A DNA stretch of 63,446 nucleotides, counting the filler. It is 7 parts of 7 records of this genome, joined end to end, with 100 filler letters (N's around TTAATTAATTAA, not from the genome) between each part and the next. Parts side by side here need not be neighbours in the genome. Positions count along the whole stretch, not along the records: positions 39,519 to 54,383 come from SRR31156797_42970; positions 54,484 to 63,446 come from SRR31156797_43003; 5 more parts are not named here. One strand, written 5' to 3'. The position numbers and the translations under genes are program-made. The notes beneath the pieces were generated by a model that saw nothing but the letters and a program-made list of their open reading frames with translations, made no database searches and was not told the DNA's origin. This document shows, one piece after another, positions 49,651-58,665 of the stretch (positions are counted from its first letter, which is position 1; each line of letters begins with the position of its first letter).

Positions 49651-50430
49651 ATGAACACGGTGAAAAGTGTTAAAACCATCATGAACATGCCAGTAGAGAT
49701 AGACCGTCGGGCATCAGTTCCCGCTTACTTGCAGCTCGTCAATATTTTAAAGGGCGATATCGGGCAGGGTGTCTACCGCCCGGGCGATCGCTTGCCTTCC
49801 GAGTCGAAGTTGTGCCGGCGATACAAAGTGAGCCCCATGACGGTTAGGCGGTCCATCAATGCGTTGCTGGACCAGGGTATCGTGAGCACCGTCCAGGGGA
49901 GCGGTACCTACGTAAAGGCGCCGGATCTGGGCGGGGTTACATTCAATCTGGATCAGTTCCATGATCTGTTCAGAGACAAGGAGCGGACCCGGGTAAAGAT
50001 TCTTGAAGTTTTGATCAGACGGGCGGATGATACGACGGCAAAACTTTTGAAAATCAGCGGCGGGGAAAGGACGATCCTTATCCGGCGCGTATTGGTCCGG
50101 GACGGAGACCCCATTTTATATCACAAGGAACACCTGATATACGATCCCCACCTTCCCAGTGTGGAGGCCGAGTTGGAGGTCACCTCTCTTCATGGCCTGT
50201 TCGTGGGAACCGGAGAGTCAAAATTCAAAAGGGGCGACCTGGCAATCAAGGCCGCGGTTCTCTCAAAGAAGGAGGCGGATATCCTCAACACTTTGCCGAT
50301 GCAGCCCGCTTTTCGTCTGGAGCACATCTTCTATGATTTCGACGACAACCCCGTCAGTTGGGGCCGGTTCACATGCCGCGGGGATCGTCTTACATTTACA
50401 GCATCGGTGGGACTTGGTGGACTGAAATAG
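49651..50430 (+). CDS. GntR/HutC-family regulator (wHTH plus UTRA)
   Basis: PAYLQL, LPSE, VSPMTVRR, GSGTYV; start may be 49681 or 49687. Confidence 0.92.
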   Translation: MNTVKSVKTIMNMPVEIDRRASVPAYLQLVNILKGDIGQGVYRPGDRLPSESKLCRRYKVSPMTVRRSINALLDQGIVSTVQGSGTYVKAPDLGGVTFNLDQFHDLFRDKERTRVKILEVLIRRADDTTAKLLKISGGERTILIRRVLVRDGDPILYHKEHLIYDPHLPSVEAELEVTSLHGLFVGTGESKFKRGDLAIKAAVLSKKEADILNTLPMQPAFRLEHIFYDFDDNPVSWGRFTCRGDRLTFTASVGLGGLK

Positions 50431-50457
50431 ATATGGAGATCGGAGGGATGAAAGAGC

Positions 50458-51114
50458 ATGCTCGACGTTGATACTTATGGGGAACTCAGCACCCTGTTGG
50501 CGGAGTTGAAGGAGCAGGCGGTGCTGGATCTGGTTCGGGAAAGCCTGGCCAACGGCGTTGAACCGTTAACAATTATTGAGCTCTGTCATAAGGGAATGAT
50601 TCAGGTGGGCGAGCGTTACGAAAAAGGGGAATACTTCATATCCGGATTGATCATGGCCGGCGAAATTATGGTTCAGGTGGGACAGTTGGTTTTTCCCTTT
50701 CTGGAAAAAAATATGGACACCGGCGATGCGGGAAGCATCGTTCTGGGAACGGTTGAAGGAGACATCCATTTCGTCGGCAAGGATATCTTTAAGGTATTGG
50801 TCCAAGGGTACGGGTTCACGGTTCACGATTTGGGCATTGATGTTCCGGCCAGCAAGTTCCTGGCTTCAATCCATGAGTTTAAACCCCATATATTGGGGAT
50901 TTCCTGCTTGATCAGCTCATCCTATGAAGATTTGGCCCAAACCATAGGCCTTTTGAAGAAATATGTCCCGGAAGACCTTTCTCCGCGCGCCTACATCATC
51001 GGAGGACGGGTCGATGAACTTTTGCGCCGGGAAGTGGGCGCGGACTACTGGACAAAGGACGGGATGGCGGGTGTCCGTCTGTGCCAGAAAATCATGGGAA
51101 GCGCTTCCTCATAA
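50458..51114 (+). CDS. Corrinoid-binding protein (variant DIHFVG motif)
   Basis: GEYFISGLI, GTVEGDIHFVGK, DLGIDV, IIGG. Confidence 0.88.
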   Translation: MLDVDTYGELSTLLAELKEQAVLDLVRESLANGVEPLTIIELCHKGMIQVGERYEKGEYFISGLIMAGEIMVQVGQLVFPFLEKNMDTGDAGSIVLGTVEGDIHFVGKDIFKVLVQGYGFTVHDLGIDVPASKFLASIHEFKPHILGISCLISSSYEDLAQTIGLLKKYVPEDLSPRAYIIGGRVDELLRREVGADYWTKDGMAGVRLCQKIMGSASS

Positions 51115-51133
51115 GGCCCTTGGAACGGATGGT

Positions 51134-52045
51134 CTAAACCAGATCATAGATTGCCCCGATCCTTTCAAGGAATCGTCCTGCATAGAGGCCGCAGGATGAC
51201 GAAAGAATAAAACCGCCCTTTTCGGCAAGGGAATGCCATCTCTCCCCCAGGTTTTCAAAGTCGGATGGGGACAGCTCCTTTTCCTCCAGTATTTCCCCCT
51301 CGACCCCTGCCATCAAAACCAGTTCGGACCCATGCCGGGCCTTGAGCTCCATAAGATCGTTTGTTCCATCCTGAACCGCCGCCAGACCGTCAAATCCGTT
51401 GGAGAGAAGTTGCGGCAAGATTTTAGAGAGATTGCCGCAGGAATGAAATAGGGCAAATGCATGTGCCTCATGAATCATTAACACGGCCTGATGGTAAAAA
51501 GGGGCAAAAAAGCGCTTAATGTGAAGGGGATTTAAAAAGGTGGATTGGTCTCCCGCCAGATCATCGGCGATCACGACCCCATGAACCGGATGCTCAAGGC
51601 AACACTCCAGAAGATTCAGGACATTTTTCCGTTCATTTTCATAGGCCTTTAAAACGGTTTCTCTTTCACTGACCCACCCGTTTAAGACTTCCATCAAGCC
51701 CCGTTTTTCAACAAGCCGTTGAAAAGGCCCATCAATGACGGCCATCACAAAAAGACCGGTCCTCTCAAGGACTTCCTGAATGGCGGATACGGCAAAATAC
51801 CGGTACCCCAGTGTCTTGCTCCCGTAGGGCTCCCAGGCCGTGGGAAGGCAGATCATATCCTGTTTCAGCCGCTTTATAAGCTTGAGACGGCCTTCAAGAT
51901 TGTCCTCGAAACCGGCCTTTTGAAGGATCTCCCCACTCAGCCACAATTCCCCTTTGGGAACATATTCCGTTTGAAGATGATGGAACGCGGCCGTAACCCT
52001 TTCGACCCCTCCATTTGCCGTTGAATGGCGCCTCTTTTTTTTCAT
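51134..52045 (-). CDS. UroD/MtaA-family methyltransferase (short type)
   Basis: GPF, ADDLA, FHSCGN, GGFILSSSCG. Confidence 0.8.
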   Translation of the reverse strand: MKKKRRHSTANGGVERVTAAFHHLQTEYVPKGELWLSGEILQKAGFEDNLEGRLKLIKRLKQDMICLPTAWEPYGSKTLGYRYFAVSAIQEVLERTGLFVMAVIDGPFQRLVEKRGLMEVLNGWVSERETVLKAYENERKNVLNLLECCLEHPVHGVVIADDLAGDQSTFLNPLHIKRFFAPFYHQAVLMIHEAHAFALFHSCGNLSKILPQLLSNGFDGLAAVQDGTNDLMELKARHGSELVLMAGVEGEILEEKELSPSDFENLGERWHSLAEKGGFILSSSCGLYAGRFLERIGAIYDLV

Positions 52046-53862
52046 CCCAGGGCCATGGCCTCCATGAAAATTCTTTGAAAACCGCTATTCCCCGCCAGTT
52101 CCACATACCGGATCTCCCGGGCCAGATTTTGTGCCTTTTCCCGTTTTGCCTTGGACACCAGCACGGCCTTGGCTCCGGATCCGGCAGCGTTTCCAACCTG
52201 ACGAAAACGGTCCAATGGAATTTCAGGGAGCATGCCGATGCAAACGGCGCTCGATATATCCAGATAACTTCCAAAGGCCCCTGCCACAATGACCTCGCAA
52301 ATGGCCTCCGGCAAAAGATCATTTTCTTTTAACAGCATGTCAATTCCCGCGCGGATGGCCCCCTTTGCCAGTTGAAGTTCCCGTACATCCTTTTGGGTGA
52401 GGACGATGGCCGGACTGCCGTCGCTTGTTTTATCCACCAGGACGATTTCAAGACCCTTATCGCCTTCGCGAACCAGCGGATGCACCTCTTTTATTCGACC
52501 GCTTTTGTCGATAACCCCCTTGGAAAACAACTGGGCCAGCGCGTCGAATATGCCTGAGCCGCATATCCCAACCGGGCGCGCGTCCTGAATGACGTGGTAT
52601 CGAAGCCGGTTGTGGGACATGCGCACATGTTCAATGGCGCCTTTGGCGGCGCGCATGCCGCAGGAGATATGCGCTCCCTCAAATGCCGGTCCCGAAGCGC
52701 AGGAAACGCTGCGGATCACCCCATCGGCGGCCAGGGAAATCTCCGTATTGGTGCCGATGTCTATGGCCAGCAAGGGGCCACGGTTTTTCTCGGCCCCGGC
52801 AGCCAGCAACATGGCGAGATGATCACCCCCCACAAAACCGGCGACGTTGGGTAAAAGATGTACATGAGCACCTTTGGCGATGGAGAGCCCCAACCGCCGC
52901 CCCTTAACATTCATGGCCCGGCTAACCGCCGGAACATAGGGCGCCCGGGCCAATTGAGCCACCGGAAGCCGAAGCAACAGGTGGTGCATGGCCGTGTTGC
53001 CGGCGATGACCACCTCGTTTATCTCTTCCGTCCGTTTGATGCCGGCGTCCCCACAGAGTGTCTCAAAAAGCGTGCTCAAAATGTCAACAACCGTTTTTTG
53101 AATGATAACGGTATTTTCGTCCGATTTCTGAGCGTAAACCATCCTGGCGATCACGTCCTCGCCATAGGAAATCTGAGGATTCATGGCCGCTTTTGCCGAC
53201 AGGGTGGCCCCGTTTTCAAGATCAACCAGATAAGCGGCAATCTTGGTGGTGCCAAGATCAACGGCCACCCCCAGATTTCGACTCTCCAACGGTCCCGCGG
53301 AAATGATTTCATCGTGGCGAACAGCGACCGACGTTTTCCAATCCGCTGATCTCAGGAAAGGGGGTAAGGTCTGTGAAACCAACCCGTCCAATCTCTTACA
53401 AGAAATGCCGTGCTGTTGCCAAAGGGCGTCAATGAGGCGTTGGTCGTCTCCGCGAAGATCCATTAGCGAGGGGGGGGGGAGCGAAACGCGGTAAGTGCGA
53501 ATCAAGGGATCATTGAAAATCGGAATATCCAAGCCTTCCACCTGAAGCCGCTGGGGAGCGCTCAGTGATTCAGAGGGTATGTTTAGAACAAGATCGCTTT
53601 TAATATATGTCTTGCACGCGAGGCGATACCCGTTGGAAAGATCTTTCGAAGAGAGGAGCTTCCTTTCTTCCTGAAGGGGTTCCGGTGCGCTGCCCTGGAT
53701 GATCTGTATTTTGCATTTGCCACAGGCGCCGCTTCCGCCGCATAAACTGACCAAGTCAATCCCCTTTTGCCGTGCGCAGTCCAGTAAAGATTGACCTGGA
53801 GGGAATCTGTCCCTCAGTCCTAAAGGCTGAAATTCGATCTGAAAAGATCTTTGTTGATGCAT
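52042..53862 (-). CDS. Reductive activator of corrinoid proteins (RACo; 2Fe-2S plus ASKHA)
   Basis: CGGSGACGKC, RLAC, DLGTT, NPQ..GEDV, DIGTN, GPAFEG, GICGSG, AGAFG, GNAAG. Confidence 0.93.
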   Translation of the reverse strand: MHQQRSFQIEFQPLGLRDRFPPGQSLLDCARQKGIDLVSLCGGSGACGKCKIQIIQGSAPEPLQEERKLLSSKDLSNGYRLACKTYIKSDLVLNIPSESLSAPQRLQVEGLDIPIFNDPLIRTYRVSLPPPSLMDLRGDDQRLIDALWQQHGISCKRLDGLVSQTLPPFLRSADWKTSVAVRHDEIISAGPLESRNLGVAVDLGTTKIAAYLVDLENGATLSAKAAMNPQISYGEDVIARMVYAQKSDENTVIIQKTVVDILSTLFETLCGDAGIKRTEEINEVVIAGNTAMHHLLLRLPVAQLARAPYVPAVSRAMNVKGRRLGLSIAKGAHVHLLPNVAGFVGGDHLAMLLAAGAEKNRGPLLAIDIGTNTEISLAADGVIRSVSCASGPAFEGAHISCGMRAAKGAIEHVRMSHNRLRYHVIQDARPVGICGSGIFDALAQLFSKGVIDKSGRIKEVHPLVREGDKGLEIVLVDKTSDGSPAIVLTQKDVRELQLAKGAIRAGIDMLLKENDLLPEAICEVIVAGAFGSYLDISSAVCIGMLPEIPLDRFRQVGNAAGSGAKAVLVSKAKREKAQNLAREIRYVELAGNSGFQRIFMEAMALG

Positions 53863-53956
53863 GGACCGGTCGCCTTTTCGAAATTACATATGGAGATTAC
53901 CCACTACGGATATTCAGGGGAAAGGAAGGGATGGGAAATCCCTTTTTCGAGGAAAA

Positions 53957-53986
53957 ACTATATCGAAGGGGGAGGTTGAGAGTCAA
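53957..53986 (-). promoter_or_regulatory. Sigma70-like promoter upstream of RACo
   Basis: Minus strand TTGACT-N18-TATAGT. Confidence 0.45.
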
Positions 53987-54248
53987 GTCTATAATTCAGG
54001 CTACCGTTTTAAACTCCGTGTGAATGAACACAAAGCCACCCCACGGATCGTAAACAATGTCAATGGGTCGAATTCGCGAATCTGCCCCCAGAGACTGGAT
54101 TCAACCATGGCGACTCGTAATTTGGCCCGTAGTGCTTGGACGAATCAAGAGGGTCCCGCCCCTGGTGGTCGAAGCCAGGCCTTCGGATTGACTGACAGTT
54201 AAACTTACAGCATCTGTTTGGGGTAATGTTTCCATGGGAGAAAGGAAC

Positions 54249-54383
54249 ATGCCCCGGATATCTTCCGTTTACAAGCCCCGTAAGCCTCAGGAATCCCAAT
54301 ACTACCAGTGTATCGAGGACAATTTCGAGAGTCTGGAACAGGTTTATGACGATCAGTTCTCAAAAGAATACGGCTTTTTTCGG
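54249..54383 (+). mobile_element. IS91-type (Y2) transposase N-terminus, truncated
   Basis: VYKPRKPQESQYYQCIEDNFESLEQVYDDQFSKEYGFFR matches the recalled N-terminus of deltaproteobacterial IS91-like transposases; at contig end. Confidence 0.65.
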
Positions 54384-54483
54384 NNNNNNNNNNNNNNNNN
54401 NNNNNNNNNNNNNNNNNNNNNNNNNNNTTAATTAATTAANNNNNNNNNNNNNNNNNNNNNNNNNNNNNNNNNNNNNNNNNNNN
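54384..54483. other. Artificial contig spacer
   Basis: N-run with TTAATTAATTAA. Confidence 0.98.
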
Positions 54484-54538
54484 CCCCACAACTGTAACCC
54501 GTAAAGGGTTAAACTATAACAAAAAAACGAGGTTAAGG

Positions 54539-55375
54539 ATGGATTTGGAGAACCTTCTGCCGAAGCTCAAACATTGGTTAGAAAAATATGTTGAACAGTT
54601 CGTTTCCCGGGACCCGGCTCAAGCCCCGAACATTCAGGCGGCCCTGGATTTAAAACAGGCCCATACCATCCGGGTTTGCGAGGCCATTGTGGATATCGGT
54701 CAACACGAGGGGCTCTCGGGCGAAGACCTCCTTTTGGCTGAAGCCACGGCTCTGCTGCATGATGTCGGCCGTTTTGAACAATTTAAGCGATATAAAACCT
54801 TTTCCGACGCACGAAGTGAAAATCATGCCCTTTTAGGCGTCAAAGTCATTCATGAAAACGGTATTTTAGCAGGCATTGACCCGGAAAAAGCAAGTATTAT
54901 CATACACGCGGTGGAATGCCATAACAAAGCGACCCTTCCCGCCAATGAGAACGGTCACGGCCTGTTTTTCATGAAACTTCTACGAGATGCGGACAAGGTG
55001 GACATCTGGCGGGTGGTCACCGACTATTACGGTGATGCCCATCATGAGCGAAATCCGACCATTGAATTAAACCTTCCGGACACACCCCATATTTCCGACG
55101 CGGTCTGCAGATCCCTTATGAAAGGAAACATGGTCAAAATGACGGACCTTGAAACATTAAACGATTTCAAATTGCTTCAAATCGGATGGATTTACGACGT
55201 AAACTTCCGCCGAACCTTTCGGATTGTACGGGAGAAAGGATATCTTGAACGGATTCGAGGGACCCTCCCCCCTGATTCCATCCCCGTCAAGGCGGTTTAT
55301 GAAAGAGCATCGGCGTATCTGAACCTGAAAGCGGACGAACCCCGCAAAAATGCGAAAAAAGGGATGTTGTTATGA
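54539..55375 (+). CDS. HD-domain phosphohydrolase
   Basis: K..HT, LLHDVGRFEQ, NHA, HN, RDADK. Confidence 0.9.
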   Translation: MDLENLLPKLKHWLEKYVEQFVSRDPAQAPNIQAALDLKQAHTIRVCEAIVDIGQHEGLSGEDLLLAEATALLHDVGRFEQFKRYKTFSDARSENHALLGVKVIHENGILAGIDPEKASIIIHAVECHNKATLPANENGHGLFFMKLLRDADKVDIWRVVTDYYGDAHHERNPTIELNLPDTPHISDAVCRSLMKGNMVKMTDLETLNDFKLLQIGWIYDVNFRRTFRIVREKGYLERIRGTLPPDSIPVKAVYERASAYLNLKADEPRKNAKKGMLL

Positions 55376-56244
55376 AAACCTATCTGGATTGTTTCCCCTG
55401 TTTCCTGAACCAAGCCCTGCGAGCGGCTCGAATGGCCACCCAAGATGAGAAAAAGATTAAAAGGGTCCTTGATGAAGTGGGCATGATGCTGCCCACCATT
55501 TCCCTTGGAAGCACGCCGCCTGAAAGCGGCCGGCGAATTTATCAAAAGGTGCATGACATTACGGGAAACCCCGATCCATACAAAGCGATCAAAAACAGCA
55601 GCACAAAAGAGGCCCTTTCCTTGTACCCCCGTATGAAGCGCCTCGTGGAAAAATCCCATGACCCTCTGCTGACGGCCATTCGAATGGCCATTGCCGGAAA
55701 CGTCATTGACTTTGGGCCGAACCGGGCCTTTGATATGGCGGAAGAAATTGAGAAGACCTTGTCCAAGGATTTTGCCATATGTCATTATGATCAATTCAAA
55801 TATTTTTTGGAACGATCCGAAAAAATCCTTTATCTCGGCGACAATGCCGGAGAGTGTGTTTTTGACAGAATCCTGGTGGAAACACTGGATAAGCCTGTAA
55901 CCTATGTGGTGCGGGAAAAGCCCGTCATTAACGACGCTACCATGGTGGATGCACGCCAAGCCGGCATTGATGGGGTGGCCGAGCTGATGTCTTCGGGAAC
56001 CGACGCTCCGGGAACCCTTCTGAACACCTGCAAGGAGGCATTTATCCGCCGCTATGATGGCGCGGAATTGATTATCAGCAAAGGCCAGGGCAACTATGAA
56101 GCCCTCTCCACCCAAAAAAAGAACCTTTTTTTCCTACTGAAGGCCAAATGCCCCATCATTGCGGACCATCTGGGTCTGAAGGTCGGCAGCATCGTGCTGA
56201 AAGGGGCCGAGACGGCTACGGAAAGATTGGGCGGCCCACGGTAA
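55372..56244 (+). CDS. DUF89/ARMT1-like damage-control phosphatase
   Basis: DCFPC, DPY, GNVIDFG, DNAGE, INDAT, KGQGNYE, KC. Confidence 0.93.
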   Translation: MKTYLDCFPCFLNQALRAARMATQDEKKIKRVLDEVGMMLPTISLGSTPPESGRRIYQKVHDITGNPDPYKAIKNSSTKEALSLYPRMKRLVEKSHDPLLTAIRMAIAGNVIDFGPNRAFDMAEEIEKTLSKDFAICHYDQFKYFLERSEKILYLGDNAGECVFDRILVETLDKPVTYVVREKPVINDATMVDARQAGIDGVAELMSSGTDAPGTLLNTCKEAFIRRYDGAELIISKGQGNYEALSTQKKNLFFLLKAKCPIIADHLGLKVGSIVLKGAETATERLGGPR

Positions 56245-56261
56245 AAACAGGAAACGCAAGC

Positions 56262-56706
56262 ATGATGCGAAAAGAGAAAATAGGCTTTTATTCCATCGGG
56301 GTCAATGTGTTGCTGGTGGCCATCAAGGGGGTGCTGATGGTGGCTACGGTCATTACATTTGCTTTTTCCCGCTACGGATTGCGCCAGGGAAAAATTATTG
56401 GTTCCCTGAGTGATGCAAAGCATATTTGAACGGACATGATGTCCTCGTGTGTCATTCTGGCCGGCTTTGTAAGGAGAAGGGATCAAGGTCGGCGAATGGC
56501 TCCTTGAAAAAGGCGCGGACTCGGTTTATAGTCCAAAAGGTTTTGAAGGAAAGGGCCCCGGTTATGTCTTTTCCGATGCCGGCGTGGATGTGATGTTGAC
56601 CGGCGACAAAAACCTTGCGGCCCTTCAGCGTGCTATTCAAAAGAAAGCCGGTGCTGAAAAAATATCTCAAAGGTTAGAATTGAAAGGAGAAACAGAAGAT
56701 GATTGA
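56262..56706 (+). pseudogene. Internally deleted CDF transporter-NifB/NifX fusion remnant
   Basis: CDF TM1 (SIGVNVLLVAIKG), DAKHI*TDMMSS with stop at 56427, then in another frame GIKVGEWLLEKG..GKGPGYVFSDAGV. Confidence 0.7.
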
Positions 56707-56965
56707 TGTGGTGGTATTTCACAGCGGCAACCCCGGGTGAAGGAGTTGTCAGGCGGCCATAGGTGTGGCCGAAAAAATCAAGGAGAAAATGGGGGATGAC
56801 ATTAGACTGGGGATCTTTACCAATGATTCCATGGAGGCCATGAAGTATAAACTTCGAAGTTCCACAAGCGTTTTCGTAAACGACGAGCAACTTCCTCTGG
56901 AAACGGCGCTTTCAGTGGAAAAGATGGAGACATACCTCAAAGGGGCGGAGACCACCGACTGTTGA
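56699..56965 (+). CDS. Putative selenoprotein, small thioredoxin-like UxxC protein (88 aa, Sec14)
   Basis: AGGAG RBS, ATG 56699, MIDVVVFHSGNPG-TGA(56738)-RSC in frame with ORF 56765-56965; SECIS-like hairpin downstream. Confidence 0.85.
56754..56771 (+). promoter_or_regulatory. Bacterial SECIS-like hairpin
   Basis: CGGCCAT-AGGT-GTGGCCG stem-loop; 20 nt separate the UGA from the loop. Confidence 0.7.
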
Positions 56966-57671
56966 AGCCATCATAGCTCCAGCAGTCTTGAAGCGCTTTC
57001 CTGGATGTATACTGGGGATTTTCGGCCCACAACAGCATCTGTTCATGGGCATTGTTCAGCTTTTTGAATTGGTCTTCGTCGCCCCCTGCATCCGGGTGGT
57101 GTACCTTTGCCATTTTTTTGTAGGCGGCTTTGATTTTGGCTTTAGATCCGTCATTGGACAAATCATTTCTTTCCAGCTTCAGGACCTTCAAGCTTCCTGT
57201 TTCCTGTCTGGAAAGCCTGGGGCTGCATTTCCGGTCCGGTTTGATCTGTTCCAGGGCAATGGATTTCTGGTGGTTCCGGTTCACCAGGTGAAGGGATGCG
57301 TAACTCATTGAGCGGTTGTTATCCACCATTTCATGCCATTGTTTACCAAACTCCAGCACCATCCGTTTCAAATCCTCGGCGGGTTTGTCACCCCGGGTTC
57401 TAGACCGCGAAAACCTGGAAATATGTTTGCTCCAAATGGGAAAGACATCCAGAATCACCCGGTCACTGGTGAAAGAAAAGGCGGCATATCGTGTGTTGAG
57501 GGCCCTGAGCAAACCCTTTGACAAGGAAAGGACCCACTGGATATAACTGCGGCACTCTTTTGAGCAATAACGCCTGCGGGCTCCGATATTATCCTTTCCG
57601 CAAGCCAGGCAGGTATTTCTTTTTGTGGGGATGGGAACTTTCTGGATTTGGTTTTTGGCGGTCTTTTGCAT
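56937..57671 (-). CDS. J-domain protein with N-terminal Cys motif
   Basis: CLAC..YCSKEC; IKAAYKKMAKVHHPDAGG. Confidence 0.85.
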   Translation of the reverse strand: MQKTAKNQIQKVPIPTKRNTCLACGKDNIGARRRYCSKECRSYIQWVLSLSKGLLRALNTRYAAFSFTSDRVILDVFPIWSKHISRFSRSRTRGDKPAEDLKRMVLEFGKQWHEMVDNNRSMSYASLHLVNRNHQKSIALEQIKPDRKCSPRLSRQETGSLKVLKLERNDLSNDGSKAKIKAAYKKMAKVHHPDAGGDEDQFKKLNNAHEQMLLWAENPQYTSRKALQDCWSYDGFNSRWSPPL

Positions 57672-57962
57672 CGCAGTTATGACGAAATGATGTTTTTACG
57701 GACAGCGTTTGGTGGTCAAGGCCGTTGTGCATAAAGGGTTCTTTTTTGACCTATGGCCTCCCCATGACTGTTCCCAGTATCTTTTTTGTAACCCAAACGC
57801 CGGGTATAATCAAGCGAATCTTCTTTATTCGCATCTGATACGGCTTTTGTCAGGGAGAAATGGATTTTATCAGAAAAATGTGCATTGCGGATTTGGTTAT
57901 GCTAGAATCTCCCGATTCATTGCTCCCATTCCGGGATCAGAGGGAAAACCTTTTTTTAGATA

Positions 57963-58601
57963 TTGACCATGCCGGAATCCACTCATGCCCTTGTCAGCGT
58001 GCTGCACCAGAGTGTGGTCCATATTGAACCGTTCATTCGGCATTATGGGTATCTTGCACTTTTTGTCATCATATTTGCGGAAGGGTGCGGCATTCCCTCT
58101 CCGGGCCAGACCATTCTCATTGCTTCGGCAATTATGGCGTATCATGGGGATCTGCGCATTGAATGGGTGGTGTTTGTTTCTTTTTCCGCCACATTCCTGG
58201 GCAATTGCACCGGGTATTACATTGGCCGCAGTGTGGGTAAACATTGGCTGGGCCGTCTTCTGCCCGGTGAAGAAAAAATGGGTAAAATCGAAAGACGACT
58301 CAATCGGTGGGGTTTTTTATTATTGGTTGCGGGTCGCTATATTGAGGGCCTCAAGCAAACCCTGGGTCTCATTTCGGGTGCGCTTCGTATGACGCCGGCC
58401 CGTTTTGTTCTGGCAAACGCCACGGCCAGCTTTTGCTGGGCCGTACCCCTGGCCCTGATTCCCTATTGGGTAAACCGGCACATCCATCAGTTTCTGCTGT
58501 TGAGCAAGGAATATCGGTTGGTGGCATATTTGCTGACGGCAGGAATCATCTGTGCGGTGACCGGTGTCATGGTTTTTCGTTTCCGAAAGTTGAAACCATA
58601 A
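57963..58601 (+). CDS. DedA family membrane protein
   Basis: YGY, EG.GIP.PG, GYYIGR, GRYIEGLK. Confidence 0.9.
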   Translation: MTMPESTHALVSVLHQSVVHIEPFIRHYGYLALFVIIFAEGCGIPSPGQTILIASAIMAYHGDLRIEWVVFVSFSATFLGNCTGYYIGRSVGKHWLGRLLPGEEKMGKIERRLNRWGFLLLVAGRYIEGLKQTLGLISGALRMTPARFVLANATASFCWAVPLALIPYWVNRHIHQFLLLSKEYRLVAYLLTAGIICAVTGVMVFRFRKLKP

Positions 58602-58609
58602 AAGAAATG

Positions 58610-58648
58610 CGCAACCGTTCACGGTTATAAGAACCGTTAACGGTTGCG
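58610..58648. terminator. Hairpin between convergent genes
   Basis: CGCAACCGTTCACGGTT-ATAAG-AACCGTTAACGGTTGCG, 17-bp stem with one mismatch. Confidence 0.65.
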
Positions 58649-58665
58649 AAATAAGCGGAAGGGAT

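Noticed and set aside
53863-54240. Cobalamin riboswitch upstream of RACo (also checked 49290-49650)
   Set aside because: Could not find the conserved B12-box/GCCACTG elements by eye; an Infernal search with Rfam cobalamin models would be decisive.
56427-56429. In-frame TGA in the CDF remnant as a second selenocysteine
   Set aside because: It lies inside the HxxxD motif at a non-Cys position, and the surrounding gene is deleted and frameshifted, so a nonsense mutation is more likely.
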